Below are positions 11,001 through 23,130 of a stretch of DNA of 64,000 nt, piece after piece (position 1 is the stretch's first letter; each line of letters opens with the position of its first letter). The position numbers and the translations under genes are program-made. Origin of the DNA: Macrostomum lignano (Eukaryota); NCBI GenBank assembly GCA_002269645.1, contig NIVC01000237.1:248001-312000 (forward strand), given 5' to 3'. Below the pieces are notes generated by a model. That model was not told the DNA's origin and did no database searches. It saw only the letters and a list, made by a program, of their open reading frames with translations.

Positions 11001-13619
11001 TAATTCCCCTTACGCCTCGTACTTTTTATTGTGATATTTCCCTTGGGACAAATCAGCTCCTTGGAAATTCATTCCCCTTGGGATAATTCCCTTTGAAATA
11101 ACCCCCTTGGGATGATTCCCTTTGGGATACCCCCCTTGAGATAATTCCTCTTTCGTTATTTCACCTTGGGATAATTCCCCTTGAGATAATTCCCCTTGGG
11201 ATAATTCCCCCTAGGTTAATTCACCTTGGGATAATTCCCCTTAGGATAATTCCCCTTGGGATAATTTCCCTTGGGATAATCTTGGGATAATTTCCCTTGA
11301 GATAATTGGGACATTTCGGATCGAACTACGAGTAGGATAGAGTAATTAAAAGCATCTGCCAATGCCCAGTAAGCCGGTGCGCACCACAAGAAATCGGCAC
11401 CGCTGCCAGACGTCGGCGGCCGGTTTCGGCGGCCAGAATCGGCGAGAAAATCGAACTACGCCGACGGTGAAGAAGGCGAAGCAGAGGCCCAGCGACAAGA
11501 ACACGCCGAGCAGGCTGAGGTGCTGGACTATTGTCGGCGCGCGAAGCGACACGTCCGACACGCTGCCATCGACGGCGAAACGAACGTAGAGAGCCACCTG
11601 GTTGAGGAATACGAAGAAGCGCAGGATGGAGCAGACTGCCCAGATCACGTGACAGCCGAACATCCGGGTCAGCAGGACGGACTGCACCGGCGGCAGCTCG
11701 GCTGCCGGAGTCGCGGCGGCCGCGGCCTCGGCGGCTGCAGAGACTGAAAAAGGAGGCGTATCGATGCTGCAACCGGGGATCTCTTCTGGGTTGCAGGCCT
11801 GAACAGGAGATAGGAAACTCTCGGGAGGTATATGGGAAACTCTCACAGATTCGGTATGGGAAACTCTTACAGATTCGGTATGGGAAACTCTTACAGATTC
11901 GGTATGGGAAATCTCACAGATTCGGTATGGGAAAATCTCACAGATTCGGTATGGGAAAATCTCACAGATTCGGTATGGGAAAATCTCACAGATTCGGTAT
12001 GGGAAACTCTCACAGATTCGGTATGGGAAAATCTCTCAGATTCGGTATGGGAAAATCTCTCAGATTCGGTATGGGAAATTCTCACTGATACAGCTAATGT
12101 AACTAAATGATTTGAAGCTTTCAAACTCGAACTCACCATTCGCAGTAGTCTTAATCTCGATCTCCTTAGCAACAGGCTCCACCGCAGCGTCTAACGGTGT
12201 GACTTCGGAGTCGGCAGCGGCAGCCGCAGCGGCATCAGTGGTGGCAGCGTCGGCTGCTTCAGCGGGGTCGACAGGCGCCGCATCGGCGGCTACGGCCTGC
12301 CTCGGATCGTGCTCGAGCGGCTCCTTCAGTTCGAAGATCGCCTGTTTCGGACGCCGACGCTTGCGTGAGCAGGCGCTGAATGGATTGCACTCGCCGGCGA
12401 ACTGGTCGCCATGACGGATGTGATTGGGCGGCAGCAGCACCAGCCCGTTGACTAGGCAGACGGTGGCTGCCAGGCAGCCGAGGAACAGGAAGCAGGCCAG
12501 CCGACGGCGGTACATCGCCGAAGCGTCGTCCAGTCCGGTGCCATAGGCCACCGTCTGGATCAGAGTGAACACTACGGCGCTGCTGTCGAAGGTGCCGGAC
12601 ACCAAACAGATGAGGACCTGGCAGTGTAACTGAGCTCAATTAATTTGTTTGTCTACAAAGGTAAGCGGCTGGAGTAACTGTTTATTTAAATGCCTCGTCA
12701 GCTACTTAGTATTGGATTTTTTTTACACTTTTATACTTTTTTTACAATTAAAGACAGCTCTATGTCTGACTTTTTATTGCCTGCGAATCTCTAGGGGCCG
12801 TAAAGTCGTATTTGAGGCGTGTTTAGAGTTGCTGTAGAGTCACGGAGTAGCCTTTGAAGCGCATTTGCGTCGCATGATGAATTTGAGTCACATCTCTAGC
12901 GAAAGATAAGCGCCAACACAGCGACTCTTGAACGACTCTTTTGCGACTCTTTTACGATTCTGTAACTCACGTGACGCGCTTGAGACGCAACAGTCGCCTC
13001 TCCATCGCATTAGACGAGTTTGAGTCGTTAAAAAAAGTCAAAAGAGCTGCACAAGAGTCGCTCGACTCACAAGAGAGTTGTTTACAACGACTCTAGCTAT
13101 TCTTGTCATTTTCAACGGGTACAGAATCGAACCAGCACCCACCTCTCTCCAGGCCGGGAACAGTTCCGACACGCACAGGCTGCTGACAATTGAAACTGCG
13201 CTGGCCACAGCCCAGGAGGCGGCGCCAATGTAGAGCAGCCAGGCTGAGGCCGGGGTGGCAACGGCGAAGCACAGGCAGGTGAGAAAGCCGGCAGCAGCGC
13301 AGGCACACTTGCAGGCCCGCATGCCGGCCCTATCCAGCAGCAGGCCCATCGGCAGGGCGCACAGCAGCTGCATCCCGGTGCCCACAGCGTTCACCTGGGA
13401 GAAGCCCTCATTCTGACTGCGGCAGGTCTCGTTGCCGGAGGCAAGAACAGCCACCGAGACGTTGCAGCCGTCGGCGAAGAAGCCTTCGGCCAGCAGCAGC
13501 AGCCGCAGTGAGGAGGAAAACCCGTAGAACACGCCGCCTATGCAGAAGACCTCGCAGATGGCCAGGACCACCGCCAGGCCCGGCGTCCAGCGGCCAAGAA
13601 GGCGCTTTGGCTCCCAGCA
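8008..13619 (-). CDS. SLC43 (LAT3/LAT4)-like MFS transporter, 4 exons, ~574 codons, no ATG in the first exon
   Basis: Exons 13619-13143, 12617-12137, 11743-11385, 8415-8008 with consistent phases 0/1/0. TM1 CEVFCIGGVFYGFSS..LLAEGFFADGC, MGLLLDRAGMR, SGTFDSSAVVF and FPAAHFGTLYG match the SLC43 pattern. The 3' end may splice to a further exon at 6956-6873. Confidence 0.8.
8560..10706 (+). mobile_element. 5'-truncated non-LTR retrotransposon (RT + RNase H + CCHC knuckle; I group, LOA/Lian-like), frameshifted, antisense in a transporter intron
   Basis: RT motifs FLDIVGAFD, GGPQGRVLTP and YADD; RNase H YTDGSK, HSDSQAAL and WVPGH.GIRGNELAD; CSFC...ETAEHFVSICP. One extra A at 9376-9378 shifts the frame; stop at 10607-10609; 3' tail TAAGTCAAGTAAGTCAA; flanked by minisatellite units. 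Confidence 0.9.
10707..11310. repeat. 13-15 bp minisatellite (TTCCCCTTGGGATT[A/C])
   Basis: Tandem array; about 1.5 units also lie left of the LINE at 8537-8559. Confidence 0.9.
11831..12085. repeat. 23-24 bp minisatellite (ATGGGAAAATCTCACAGATTCGGT)
   Basis: About 10 copies filling most of the transporter intron 11744-12136. Confidence 0.9.
12770..13119. repeat. Dispersed intronic repeat, copy 1 (CGACTC/GAGTCG-rich)
   Basis: Three collinear blocks align with 41085-41327: GGGGCCGTAAA.TCGTAT.TGAGGCGTG; AAGCGC.AACACAGCGACTCT; GAGTTGTTTACA...ACGACTCT..AGCTATTCTT.TCA. Confidence 0.75.
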
Positions 13620-13644
13620 CTGCAATGGGAGTAGAGCGATGGTT

Positions 13645-15952
13645 AATTGTAGATTCAACTGCAGAGAGCTGTAGATTCTACTGCCGGGATCTGTAGATTC
13701 TACTGCAGGGAGTTGCAGATTCTACTGCCGGGATCTGTAGATTCTACTGCCGAGATCTGCAGATTCTACTGCCGGGATCTGCAGATTTTACTGCCGGGAT
13801 ATGCAGATTCTACTGCCGGGATCTGTAGATCCTACTGCCGAGATCTGCAGATTCTACTGCCGGGATCTGTAGATTCTACTGCAGAGAGTTGCAGATTCTA
13901 CTGCCGGGATCTGCAGATTCTACTGCCGGGATCTGCAGATTCTACTGCCGGGATCTGCAGATTCTACTGCCGGGATCTGTAGATTCTACTGTCGGGATCT
14001 GTAGATTCTACTGCCGGGATCTGTAGATTCTACTGTCGGGATCTGTAGATTCTACTGCAGAGATCTGTAGATTCTACTGCCGGGATATGTAGATTCTACT
14101 GCAGGGATCTGTAGATTCTACTGTCGGGATCTGTAGATTCTTCTGCAGAGATCTGTAGATTCTACTGCCGGGATATGTAGATTCTACTGCAGAGATCTGT
14201 AGATTCTACTGTCGGGATCTGTAGATTCTACTGTCGGGATCTGTAGATTCTACTGTCGGGATCTGTAGATTCTACTGCCGGGATCTGTAGATTCTACTGT
14301 AGGGATCTGTAGATTTTACTGTCGGGATCTGTAGATTCTACTGCAGAGATCTGTAGATTCTACTGTCGGGATCTGTAGATTCTACTGCAGGGATATGTAG
14401 ATTCTACTGCCGGGATCTGTAGATTCTACTGTCGGGATCTGTAGATTCTACTGCAGGGATATGTAGATTCTACTGCCAGGATCTGTAGATTCTACTGTCG
14501 GGATCTGTAGATTCTACTGCAGGGATCTGTAGATTCTACTGCCAGGATCTGTAGATTCTACTGTCGGGATCTGTAGATTCTACTGCCGGGATCTGTAGAT
14601 TCTACCGTCGGGATCTGTAGATTCTACTGCAGAGATCTGTTGATTCAACTGTCGGGATCTGTAGATTCTACTGCCGGGATCTGTAGATTCTACTGTCGGG
14701 ATCTGTAAATTCTACTGCCAGGATCTGTAGATTCTACGGTCGGGATCTGTAGATTCTACTGCCGGGATCTGTAGATTCTACTGTCGGGATCTGTAGATTC
14801 TACTGCCGGGATCTGTAGATTCTACTGCCGGGATCTGTAGATTCTACTGTCGGGATCTGCAGATTCTACTGCAGAGATCTGTAGATTCTACTGCCGGGAT
14901 CTGTAGATTCTACTGCAGAGATCTGTAGATTCTACTGCCGGGATCTGTAGATTCTACTGCCGGGATCTGCAGATTCTACTGCCGGGATCTGTAGATCCTA
15001 CTGCAGAGAGTTGCAGATTCTACTGCCAGGATCTGTAGATTCTACTGCAGAGAGTTGCAGATTCTACTGCCGGGATCTGCAGATTCTACTGCCGGGATCT
15101 GCAGATTCTACTGCCGGGATCTGTAGATTCTACCGCAGAGATCTGTAGATTCTACTGCCGGGATCTGTAGATTCTACTGCCGGGATCTGTAGATTCTACT
15201 GCAGAGATCTGTAGATTCTACTGCCGGGATCTGTAGATTCTACTGCCGGGATCTGTAGATTCTACTGTCGGGATCTGTAGATTCTACTGTCGGGATCTGT
15301 AGATTCTACTGCCGGGATCTGTAGATTCTACTGTCGGGATCTGTAGATTCTACTGCAGGGATCTGTAGATTCTACTGCAGAGATCTGTAGATTCTACTGT
15401 CGGGATCTGTAGATTCTAATTCTACTGCAGGGATCTGTAGATTCTACTGTCGGGATCTGTAGATTCTACTGTCGGGATCTGTAGATTCTACTGTCGGGAT
15501 CTGTAGATTCTACTGTCGGGATCTGTAGATTCTACTGTCCGGATCTGTAGATTCTACTGTCGGGATCTGTAGATTCTACTGCAGAGATCTGTAGATTCTA
15601 CTGTCGGGATCTGTAGATTCTACTGCCGGGATCTGTAGATTCTACTGCCGGGATCTGTAGATTCTACTGCAGATATCTGTAGATTCTACTGTCGGGATCT
15701 GTAGATTCTACTGCAGGGATCTGTAGATTCTACTGCCGGGATCTGTAGATTCTACTGCAGGGATCTGTAGATTCTACTGTCGGGATCTGTAGATTCTACT
15801 GTCGGGATCTGTAGATTCTACTGCAGGGATCTGTAGATTCTACTGCCAGGATCTGTAGATTCTACTGTCGGGATCTGTAGATTCTACTGCAGGGATCTGT
15901 AGATTCTACTGCCAGGATCTGTAGATTCTACTGTCGGGATCTGTAGATTCTA
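13645..15952. repeat. 22-bp minisatellite (GGGATCTGTAGATTCTACTG[C/T]C), roughly 100 copies
   Basis: Occupies almost the whole gap between the EIF2B1 3' end and the first acceptor of the transporter gene. Confidence 0.95.
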
Positions 15953-16135
15953 TTCAGCTGCATATGTAAATATTAGATACATAATAATACAGCACTAAAA
16001 AAGTACAAAAAATCAAATCCTCGGAGCACTGAAAAGATCTATCGCATTTAGATACGCTAAATCCCGCGTCTATCAGCTATATTTAAACGAGTCTAACACA
16101 CGATTACACAATCCAAAGGTCAAAGGTCACACAGG

Positions 16136-17854
16136 TCACAGATACAGCTTAGTCAGCTCGTCGCTAACAGCCGACGGCGGCACAATGCCAATATCGGTGA
16201 ACAGCAGTTTGAGATACTGTGGCGGAGTGTAATCGGTGATTGGAGAGCGGCATTGGCCGCCAGACTTCGTCCGGGTCCGCTCGGCCGAGGCCGGGTAGCG
16301 CAGCTCCAAGTCCAGATCGGCCTGGTTTAGCGGATAGGCTCGCAAGAATTTGCAGCTCTCGGCCAGCACGTAGACTGGCACGTTGAGAGCGTGGGCGCAC
16401 AGGCACACGGTGTAGGTGCCAATCTTGTTAACAATGCCGCCGCTCTGTGTGACAGCCTCTGCCCCTAGTAGAACCATATCCACCCGCTCAAGCGCTACCC
16501 CAACCTCGGCGTCCAGCACTAGCGAGGCGTTGATGCCGGCTTGTTGAAGGTCGGCCAGCATTCGCTCCCCGGATTTGTCTGGCAGAGACTGCGTCACCGT
16601 GCACTGGAAGTCTAGCTGCGCTTTGGCCGCTCGCTTTAGCAGGGCCAGAACCACCTTGGAGCTGCGCGGGAGGTGGGGCGAATGTGGGTTATAAGTACAC
16701 TGCGTCTGCGATCCGCTTGGAGACGCTTAGACAGGAGGTTAGACTGGGAATAGACACAGGTTTGATTGGGGTTAGATAGAGGGTAGATTGGGGTTAGACA
16801 GGGGTTAGATTGGGGTTAGACAGAGGGTAGATTGGGGTTAGACAGGGATTAGATTGGGGTTAGACAAGGGGTAGATTAGGGTTAGACAGGGGTTAGATTG
16901 GGGTTAGACAAGGGGTAGATTAGGGTTAGACAGGGGTTAGATTGGGGTTAGACAAGGGGTAGATTAGGGTTAGACAGGGGGGTAGATTAGGGTTTGACAG
17001 GGGATTAGATTGGGGTTAGGCGGGGTGGATTGGGGTTAGACAGAGGGGGCGGGTAGATTAGGGTTAGACAGAGGGTGTTGGTAGATTAGGGTTAGACAGG
17101 GGATTAGATTGGGGTTAGATAGGGGGTAGATTGGGGTTAGATAGGGGGTAGTTTGGGGTTAGATAGGGGGTAGATTGGGGTTAGAAAGAGGGGGCGGGTA
17201 GATTAGGGTTAGACAGGGGATTAGATTGGGGTTAAATTGGGGTTAGACTGGGTTAGGCAGGCAGGGGGTAGATTGGTGTTAGACAGAGGGGGCTAGGATA
17301 TGAATAGACATCTAGAGTAGTCTAATTATCTAGACTATTGTGAGTAGACAAGTAGTCTCCTGATCAACTCTGAGTAGACAAGTGTTACACAGTGGTTCGA
17401 CATGGAAGGAAAGCAGACTCATAGAAGGGGGCTAAACGCAGTCAGCTGGAACTCACCGCGAATGCAGCAGCACCCTAGTGCCATGATTAATAAACGGCAA
17501 GGCCATACTCATAATCCTATCCAGACTCTGTCTAATTCTGCTCAAAAAATTCTCGCCCCGACTAATGAGCACCCGGCGGGTGTCATCAAAGCGAGGCTGG
17601 TCCAGCTCAGTCATGGTGATGTAGCGGAGGAACAGCTCGCCGCCAGACCGCACAGACGCATTGGCTAGGTGTGATCGCATCAGCTCATTATTTGTCTCCA
17701 CTATTTTCTCGCGCACCTCAGTCACGGTCTGAGCCTCTTCAGACTGTTGGATGACTGCAATTAGAGTTTGAATTTGGGCCTCAACGGCCGATTTGTCTTC
17801 CTCTGCGCCCATCAACCGATTGAACATTTCTAGCGGGCTCTCTGCACTGCCCAT
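16136..17854 (-). CDS. EIF2B1: Translation initiation factor eIF2B subunit alpha, 2 exons, 307 aa
   Basis: Exons 17854-17457 and 16661-16136 (phase 2). Motifs SVRSGGELFLRYIT, VLLHSRSKVV, VLLGAEAVTQSGGIVNKIGT, YVLAESCKF, DYTPPQYL.LLFTDIG and PSAVSDELTKLYL. Confidence 0.95.
16740..17300. repeat. G-rich degenerate minisatellite (GATTGGGGTTAGACAGGGGGTA) in the EIF2B1 intron
   Basis: Tandem G-rich units, some containing TTAGGG. Confidence 0.85.
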
Positions 17855-17899
17855 TGCGTGTGCCCTGGCGATTGACTGATTTTAGGCTACTACTACTGA

Positions 17900-20800
17900 G
17901 AGTCCAAGGATTACAACTGGAGAGCATGCATTGATTTAAAATTTAGAAAACTGCTTCAGTTTGAGGTCAGTTTATTAATTAACAAAAAGTTTTTTATGCT
18001 TCTCTAACTATCTTATAGTACTTACAAGGGAGAAAGTAAAAAAGTAATTTTGCCCCTGATTCAAGCAGCAAATTAAATATTTAAGCCAAACTTCTCTTCT
18101 ATTTGTCAGTTTAATTCAAGTAATTAGCTCAAAGCAGGCCTTTTTTATTGGATCCAAGAGTTCAAGGCCAACTAGAAGGCCATTGAAGATGTCAAGTGCT
18201 GACTGAGGACAACAGAGCTGAGATGGTAGCTGATGTACTTCAAGCAGTTGAAAGAACTAGTGTGTGACCAGGTGTGACTAGTGACACTGCTGCTGAGGAA
18301 TGGAGCATCTCTCATGACAGCATTTTTCTGAACCCAATGGATGACTTGGGCCTAAGCAAGCTCAGCTCAGTGAGTGCACATTGAACCTGTTCAATGATCT
18401 CGATGCCAATGCTGAAGATTCTTTATCAGATACTCACAGCCAGTGACTGGTGTCCCAGTGATGAGAATTGGATTATACCATATATAGTACTTTAATATGG
18501 ACCTGCTAGACCTTTATTCTAGACCTTTCAATTTGGACTTTCTTAAAATATACTAAAAAACTTTTGTATTTATATTTAGTTCAAAATTTGTTAGTAATAA
18601 CTTGAAATTATACTAATATTATCAATGGAAGTTAGAAAAAATGTCTTACTATTTAAAAAGGACAAGCTATTTTTTGACTTGCTAAGATTTATTGATCAGA
18701 TCTCTATGGAATACTTGCTGTTGGCTATTATGTTTTAATAATTTGACATTTAATATGAGTGACTTAATATGACTTACATGTAGACTAATCTATAGCCATA
18801 TGATTTGCTTTGTTTTAATAATAATTAGGCCTATATAAGTTTATAATAATTAGTTTAATACTATTAATCAATTCGTACTATTATTACTATTTTCTAATAG
18901 TATGTACTATTTGCTAAGTATATTTCTCCCAGCCAATATAAAGTATGCATAGTCTTTTCTGCTTGTTTATTTCTCTCCATGTACATGCTAAGCATTTAGT
19001 TAGAGCCACAAGGTAAATTTTGTTGTTTAGGCCATAGAATAATCTGATTGGCTAGGCCTATTTTAACAAGTACTGTATTTTATGCATGCTAGAGACAGTT
19101 GAGCCACTTAAGTTGTCTGATCCCCCTGACTTTGTATTATAGGTTGGCAACTATAATGAAAGTTAGTATATAAACCCAAACTAGAAGATTGGCTTTTTGA
19201 CTGTTATTACAATATTTCTAATTATATTTGTGATAGTATCAAATTTGTTCAAATACTTTATGGATTATTTGAGCATAGCATTTGTGACTTTTTAATGTAA
19301 TATTGATTAATTAACCTGATATATTCATATCTAATGTAATCAATACTTAATTTTGTTATAATTGTATCTCAAAATGAATATTTTGAAGCATATTAATTGT
19401 GTCTATTTTTGGCTGCATCTTCCTACGCGGGCTCTTAGCATTGTCTTATGACCAATCACAATCATAAAAAGTTTCTAGCATATTATATGCTAGACCAAAG
19501 GCCCAAGTGTTAATCATATATTGTGGTTGATTACTACAGAACTACTGCTCCTTTGGATTGTAAAGCAGCTGTTAATTAAAAAAAATAAATTATAAATTCT
19601 TAGCTAAAACTTAAACAAAACATACTGTACAACTACTGCTTATTCCGTCATAACATTATTATATTTTTTCATAACTTTTTAGGTAGCCAAGGTATTTATT
19701 GCAAATATGCTTTATTAACAATGCTTTGTTAATTGGCTATATTTTATAGCATTAAATACTATAGCTATTTAGATTTTCAAAACTTTTAATCTTAAAGTGG
19801 GGACTATATAATATTAATAATAAAGGATAAACTATAAAAATATTCTATTTTAACATATAATATACACAAAGCAAAGAATACTTAAATTAAAAAAATACAA
19901 ATGGTCATATTTTTATATCAAAATAGATTAGATTTATTTATTTTCTATTTTAAATCAAAGTAAACATTTTTGTAAAAGTCCTTTGACTTACTAGACAATA
20001 TATATACAAAAGGCAAATTGTAAAAAAGGTAGGTTTTTAGCAAATAAATAACTTTGCAATATAATTTTATATCTTGTTTAATAAAATAAAAAGCAAATTC
20101 TAGAAAGAAAACTTTTATAGGCCTAAATAAAACTATATAAATATATATTTAGCTTTAGCCTAACAAACTATATTATCTTTTTAATTAAGCATAAGACATT
20201 AAAAAACTGTGATATTTAAAAAAGAAACTTCTGTATTTTAATATTGAAAAAGTAAGTTATAAGCATAAAAATCTATAATTCCCTATAAAATACTTAGCAA
20301 ATATATTAAACTATTCTTTCCAATTCTTAACCAATCTTACATATACATTATACAATATATAGACCCTACTTTAAAAGTCCAATATGCTAGAATTTTCTTA
20401 GTTCTTCATTTCATAGTTTATTGGTATGCATATTTGGCATGCTTAAATCCTAAAGTCCCATTTCTATATTGAAAGGTAGAACATTTTGAAGAAAAAGATA
20501 AGTAGTTAATAGGTAATAAAATGCAAACAAATAAAAATTAGGCCTTAATATTAATAATTGAAGGTGATAGTGCTATTTCAAATAATTTAGGTATTAGAAC
20601 TTGGTAGGCCCCTGCCGCCCCTAGGCCCTAATTGCAAGTTGTTCAAAAGGTTAGATTTCCAACTTTTTACTTGGCATAAACCTAAAATTTTGCCCAAGAA
20701 ACTCTGGTAGGCCCTATACATTGGATAGTACATCTTTTTGACAGTGGATTATATTTATTACAAGACTCACTCAAAAGGAAAAAGAAATTGATTTGTAACT

Positions 20801-21150
20801 TATCTCTAATAATCTCTTTTTTGTATTGTAGGCCTAAATTTTTTTGCTTGACCAATTGTAAAAATTAAGCCTGAGTAGGCCTTAAGGGATCTTTTTAATC
20901 AGACAAGATTTATCAAATGAAACAAAAATATTAAAAAATCACTATTAAAACTCACTCACACTGGAGTCCCTAAATCTGCTATAAAGCTGGACTGCTAGGT
21001 AGGCAGTAGGCTAGGCCTAGTAGGCAAGGCATACTTTGCAATAGGATAGACCCTGGCCTAATTAATTATTATTGAATATATCGAATGTTATGTAGGCCCT
21101 AAATATGTGTATTAATAGGCCTACTGAAAAACATTTATATTCAATAGGAT
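17900..21150. other. AT-rich, strongly CpG-depleted block, probably an old decayed repeat
   Basis: Only about 6 CG dinucleotides seen by eye in ~3.2 kb, TAGGCCTA motifs frequent, stop-riddled ORF-like stretch at ~18150-18480. Confidence 0.6.
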
Positions 21151-22884
21151 GGAAAGTCTAAGCGAGTTGTACGAACTGCCTGAATGAACTGTAATAAGCC
21201 TATGCCTCAAAACACCTACTGCTTAGATTGGTATTATGATGTTATTTACACACTACAGTCATAATCACAAAGGAGTAGGGCCTGCCTCCTGTCCTGCCAA
21301 CCATGCACGATCGTAAACTTGTGAGCACGATTTGCGCTCTCTCTATTAACTGAAAACTAAAAAACTGAAATGAAAGTTTTCGTATAAAGAGTTTTAAAAG
21401 CTAACAAAATCAACACATCCATGTCTATATTAAGTTTCTCTGCGCATTGCAGTTAAAAATATTTTTTTTAAAATTACTCTCTCCGTTTTGTTTGTATTTG
21501 TTGCTTCTTTACGTTTAGGCTTTGCAAACTTGACTCAAACGAAAACGCACTACTACATGAAGTCAGACAAGATTTGTCGCACCAGGTCTAAGGTCGCAGG
21601 CTTTTTTCATAGTTGTTCGTATTTTACCATCGTTCTTAATTTTCACATTGCAATGCATGTATGCACATGCGCGAATTTCTGCATATCTTGTGTCTGCATT
21701 ATACTCGTATGTACATGTACAAGTGAAGCTTTAAGGAGATGGAGATCCAGTCTGCTGCATGGAAACTAGAGCCTGTGTAGCGCTTATTTTTCAGGCGTAC
21801 AGTTTATGAAAATGTACATTGAATAGGTTTAAATGATTCGCAAACCATATTGCACGCAATAAATGTATGTAAAGTGTACACGACCGATTATCTCATGCAC
21901 ATGTACATGCATGTAATATTAAAAAATTGCATATGGTTTGCATATGGTTTAATTATTATCAGCCATTATTTTTACATTTATTCTGAGGCATTTCTTGCGC
22001 ACTGTCATATGTACTGCATGAAAAATTGCGTGTACATGTATAACCCCGACCTTTCTAATTAATACGTTTCATGCATGCACACGCGTTCATAAATTCTGAT
22101 TTAAGCCCATGCATATGTGCTTCTCCCAGAGTAATCAGTGTCTGAAATTAATTCGGACACATCTTCCAGCGGCATCGGCATATAGCTTAGCTAATTTTAA
22201 TTCTTGATTTTATAGTCTGATGCCATACAGATGGAGTTCGCGGGCTGCGCAAATGTACATGTGCCAGCATGCATGAGCTCCCGCAATGACAATCCTCTAC
22301 CGTCTATCTGTCTGGCGACGGCCGGAGGGATCGGAAATGACTGCACTAGCTAATTGACTTTGCGTCTCTGGACGTCAGCGCCCCGCGGGGAGTCCTTAGG
22401 GCCATTTCTCGTCGATTCTGTGCGCCCCTGTCTCTCCCGGCATCCGATTCCAGCCCTCGTATTCCTCTGCTGTGAATATATTTTCTCCTACATTTCTTCG
22501 GCTCTAATATTGGCTGCTTGCTAGCAAATGTGAAATACTGCAGCGTCGTGAAAGAGGAGACTCGGTTGGGGTGGAGAGAAATTTTAGCACCGCAAGCTCT
22601 CGACGGCTGTCCCTTGGGGGGGGGGGGGCTTTTGAGTGCTGCTGCTGAATCCTCCGCGCGCTGTCCTCCCTTGCCTCTCTTCTCCCCTCTCTCTTTTTTC
22701 AGGCAGATTCCAAGAACCCAAGTTTCAGACACGACGGAGATGATGTTGGTACACGTGTGGGGCTTCTCAATCGCAGCTTTGAGGCTTCGAGGCAATGCGC
22801 ACCATGCATATATTGAGTTCCGAATTCGTGCATTTAAAAAATCTCTAGAGTATCATATTGCGTTTGCTAGCTTGAATTAGAATT

Positions 22885-23130
22885 AGCACAAAAGGGAAGG
22901 CCGACCTGCATAGGCAAGAAGCAGGAAGGGAGGCCGACTTGCATAGACAAGAAGCAGGAAGGGAGGCCGACCTGCATAGACAAGAAGCAGGAAGGGAGGC
23001 CGATCTGCATAGGCAAGAAGCAGGAAGGGAGGCCGATCTGCATAGGCAAGAAGCAGGAAGGGAGGCCGATCTGCATAGGCAAGAAGCAGGAAGGGAGGCC
23101 GACCTGCATAGGCAAGAAGCAAGAAGGGAG
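22885..23130. repeat. 33-bp minisatellite (GCATAGGCAAGAAGCAGGAAGGGAGGCCGA[T/C]CT)
   Basis: About 7 copies upstream of the iGluR ATG, probably in a 5' UTR intron. Confidence 0.9.

Noticed and set aside
13645-15952. CRISPR-like appearance of regular short repeats
   Set aside because: Head-to-tail units without unique spacers, no cas genes, eukaryotic intron-exon context.
16740-17300. Interstitial telomere (also 36655-36840)
   Set aside because: TTAGGG occurs only inside longer degenerate units, not as a pure array.
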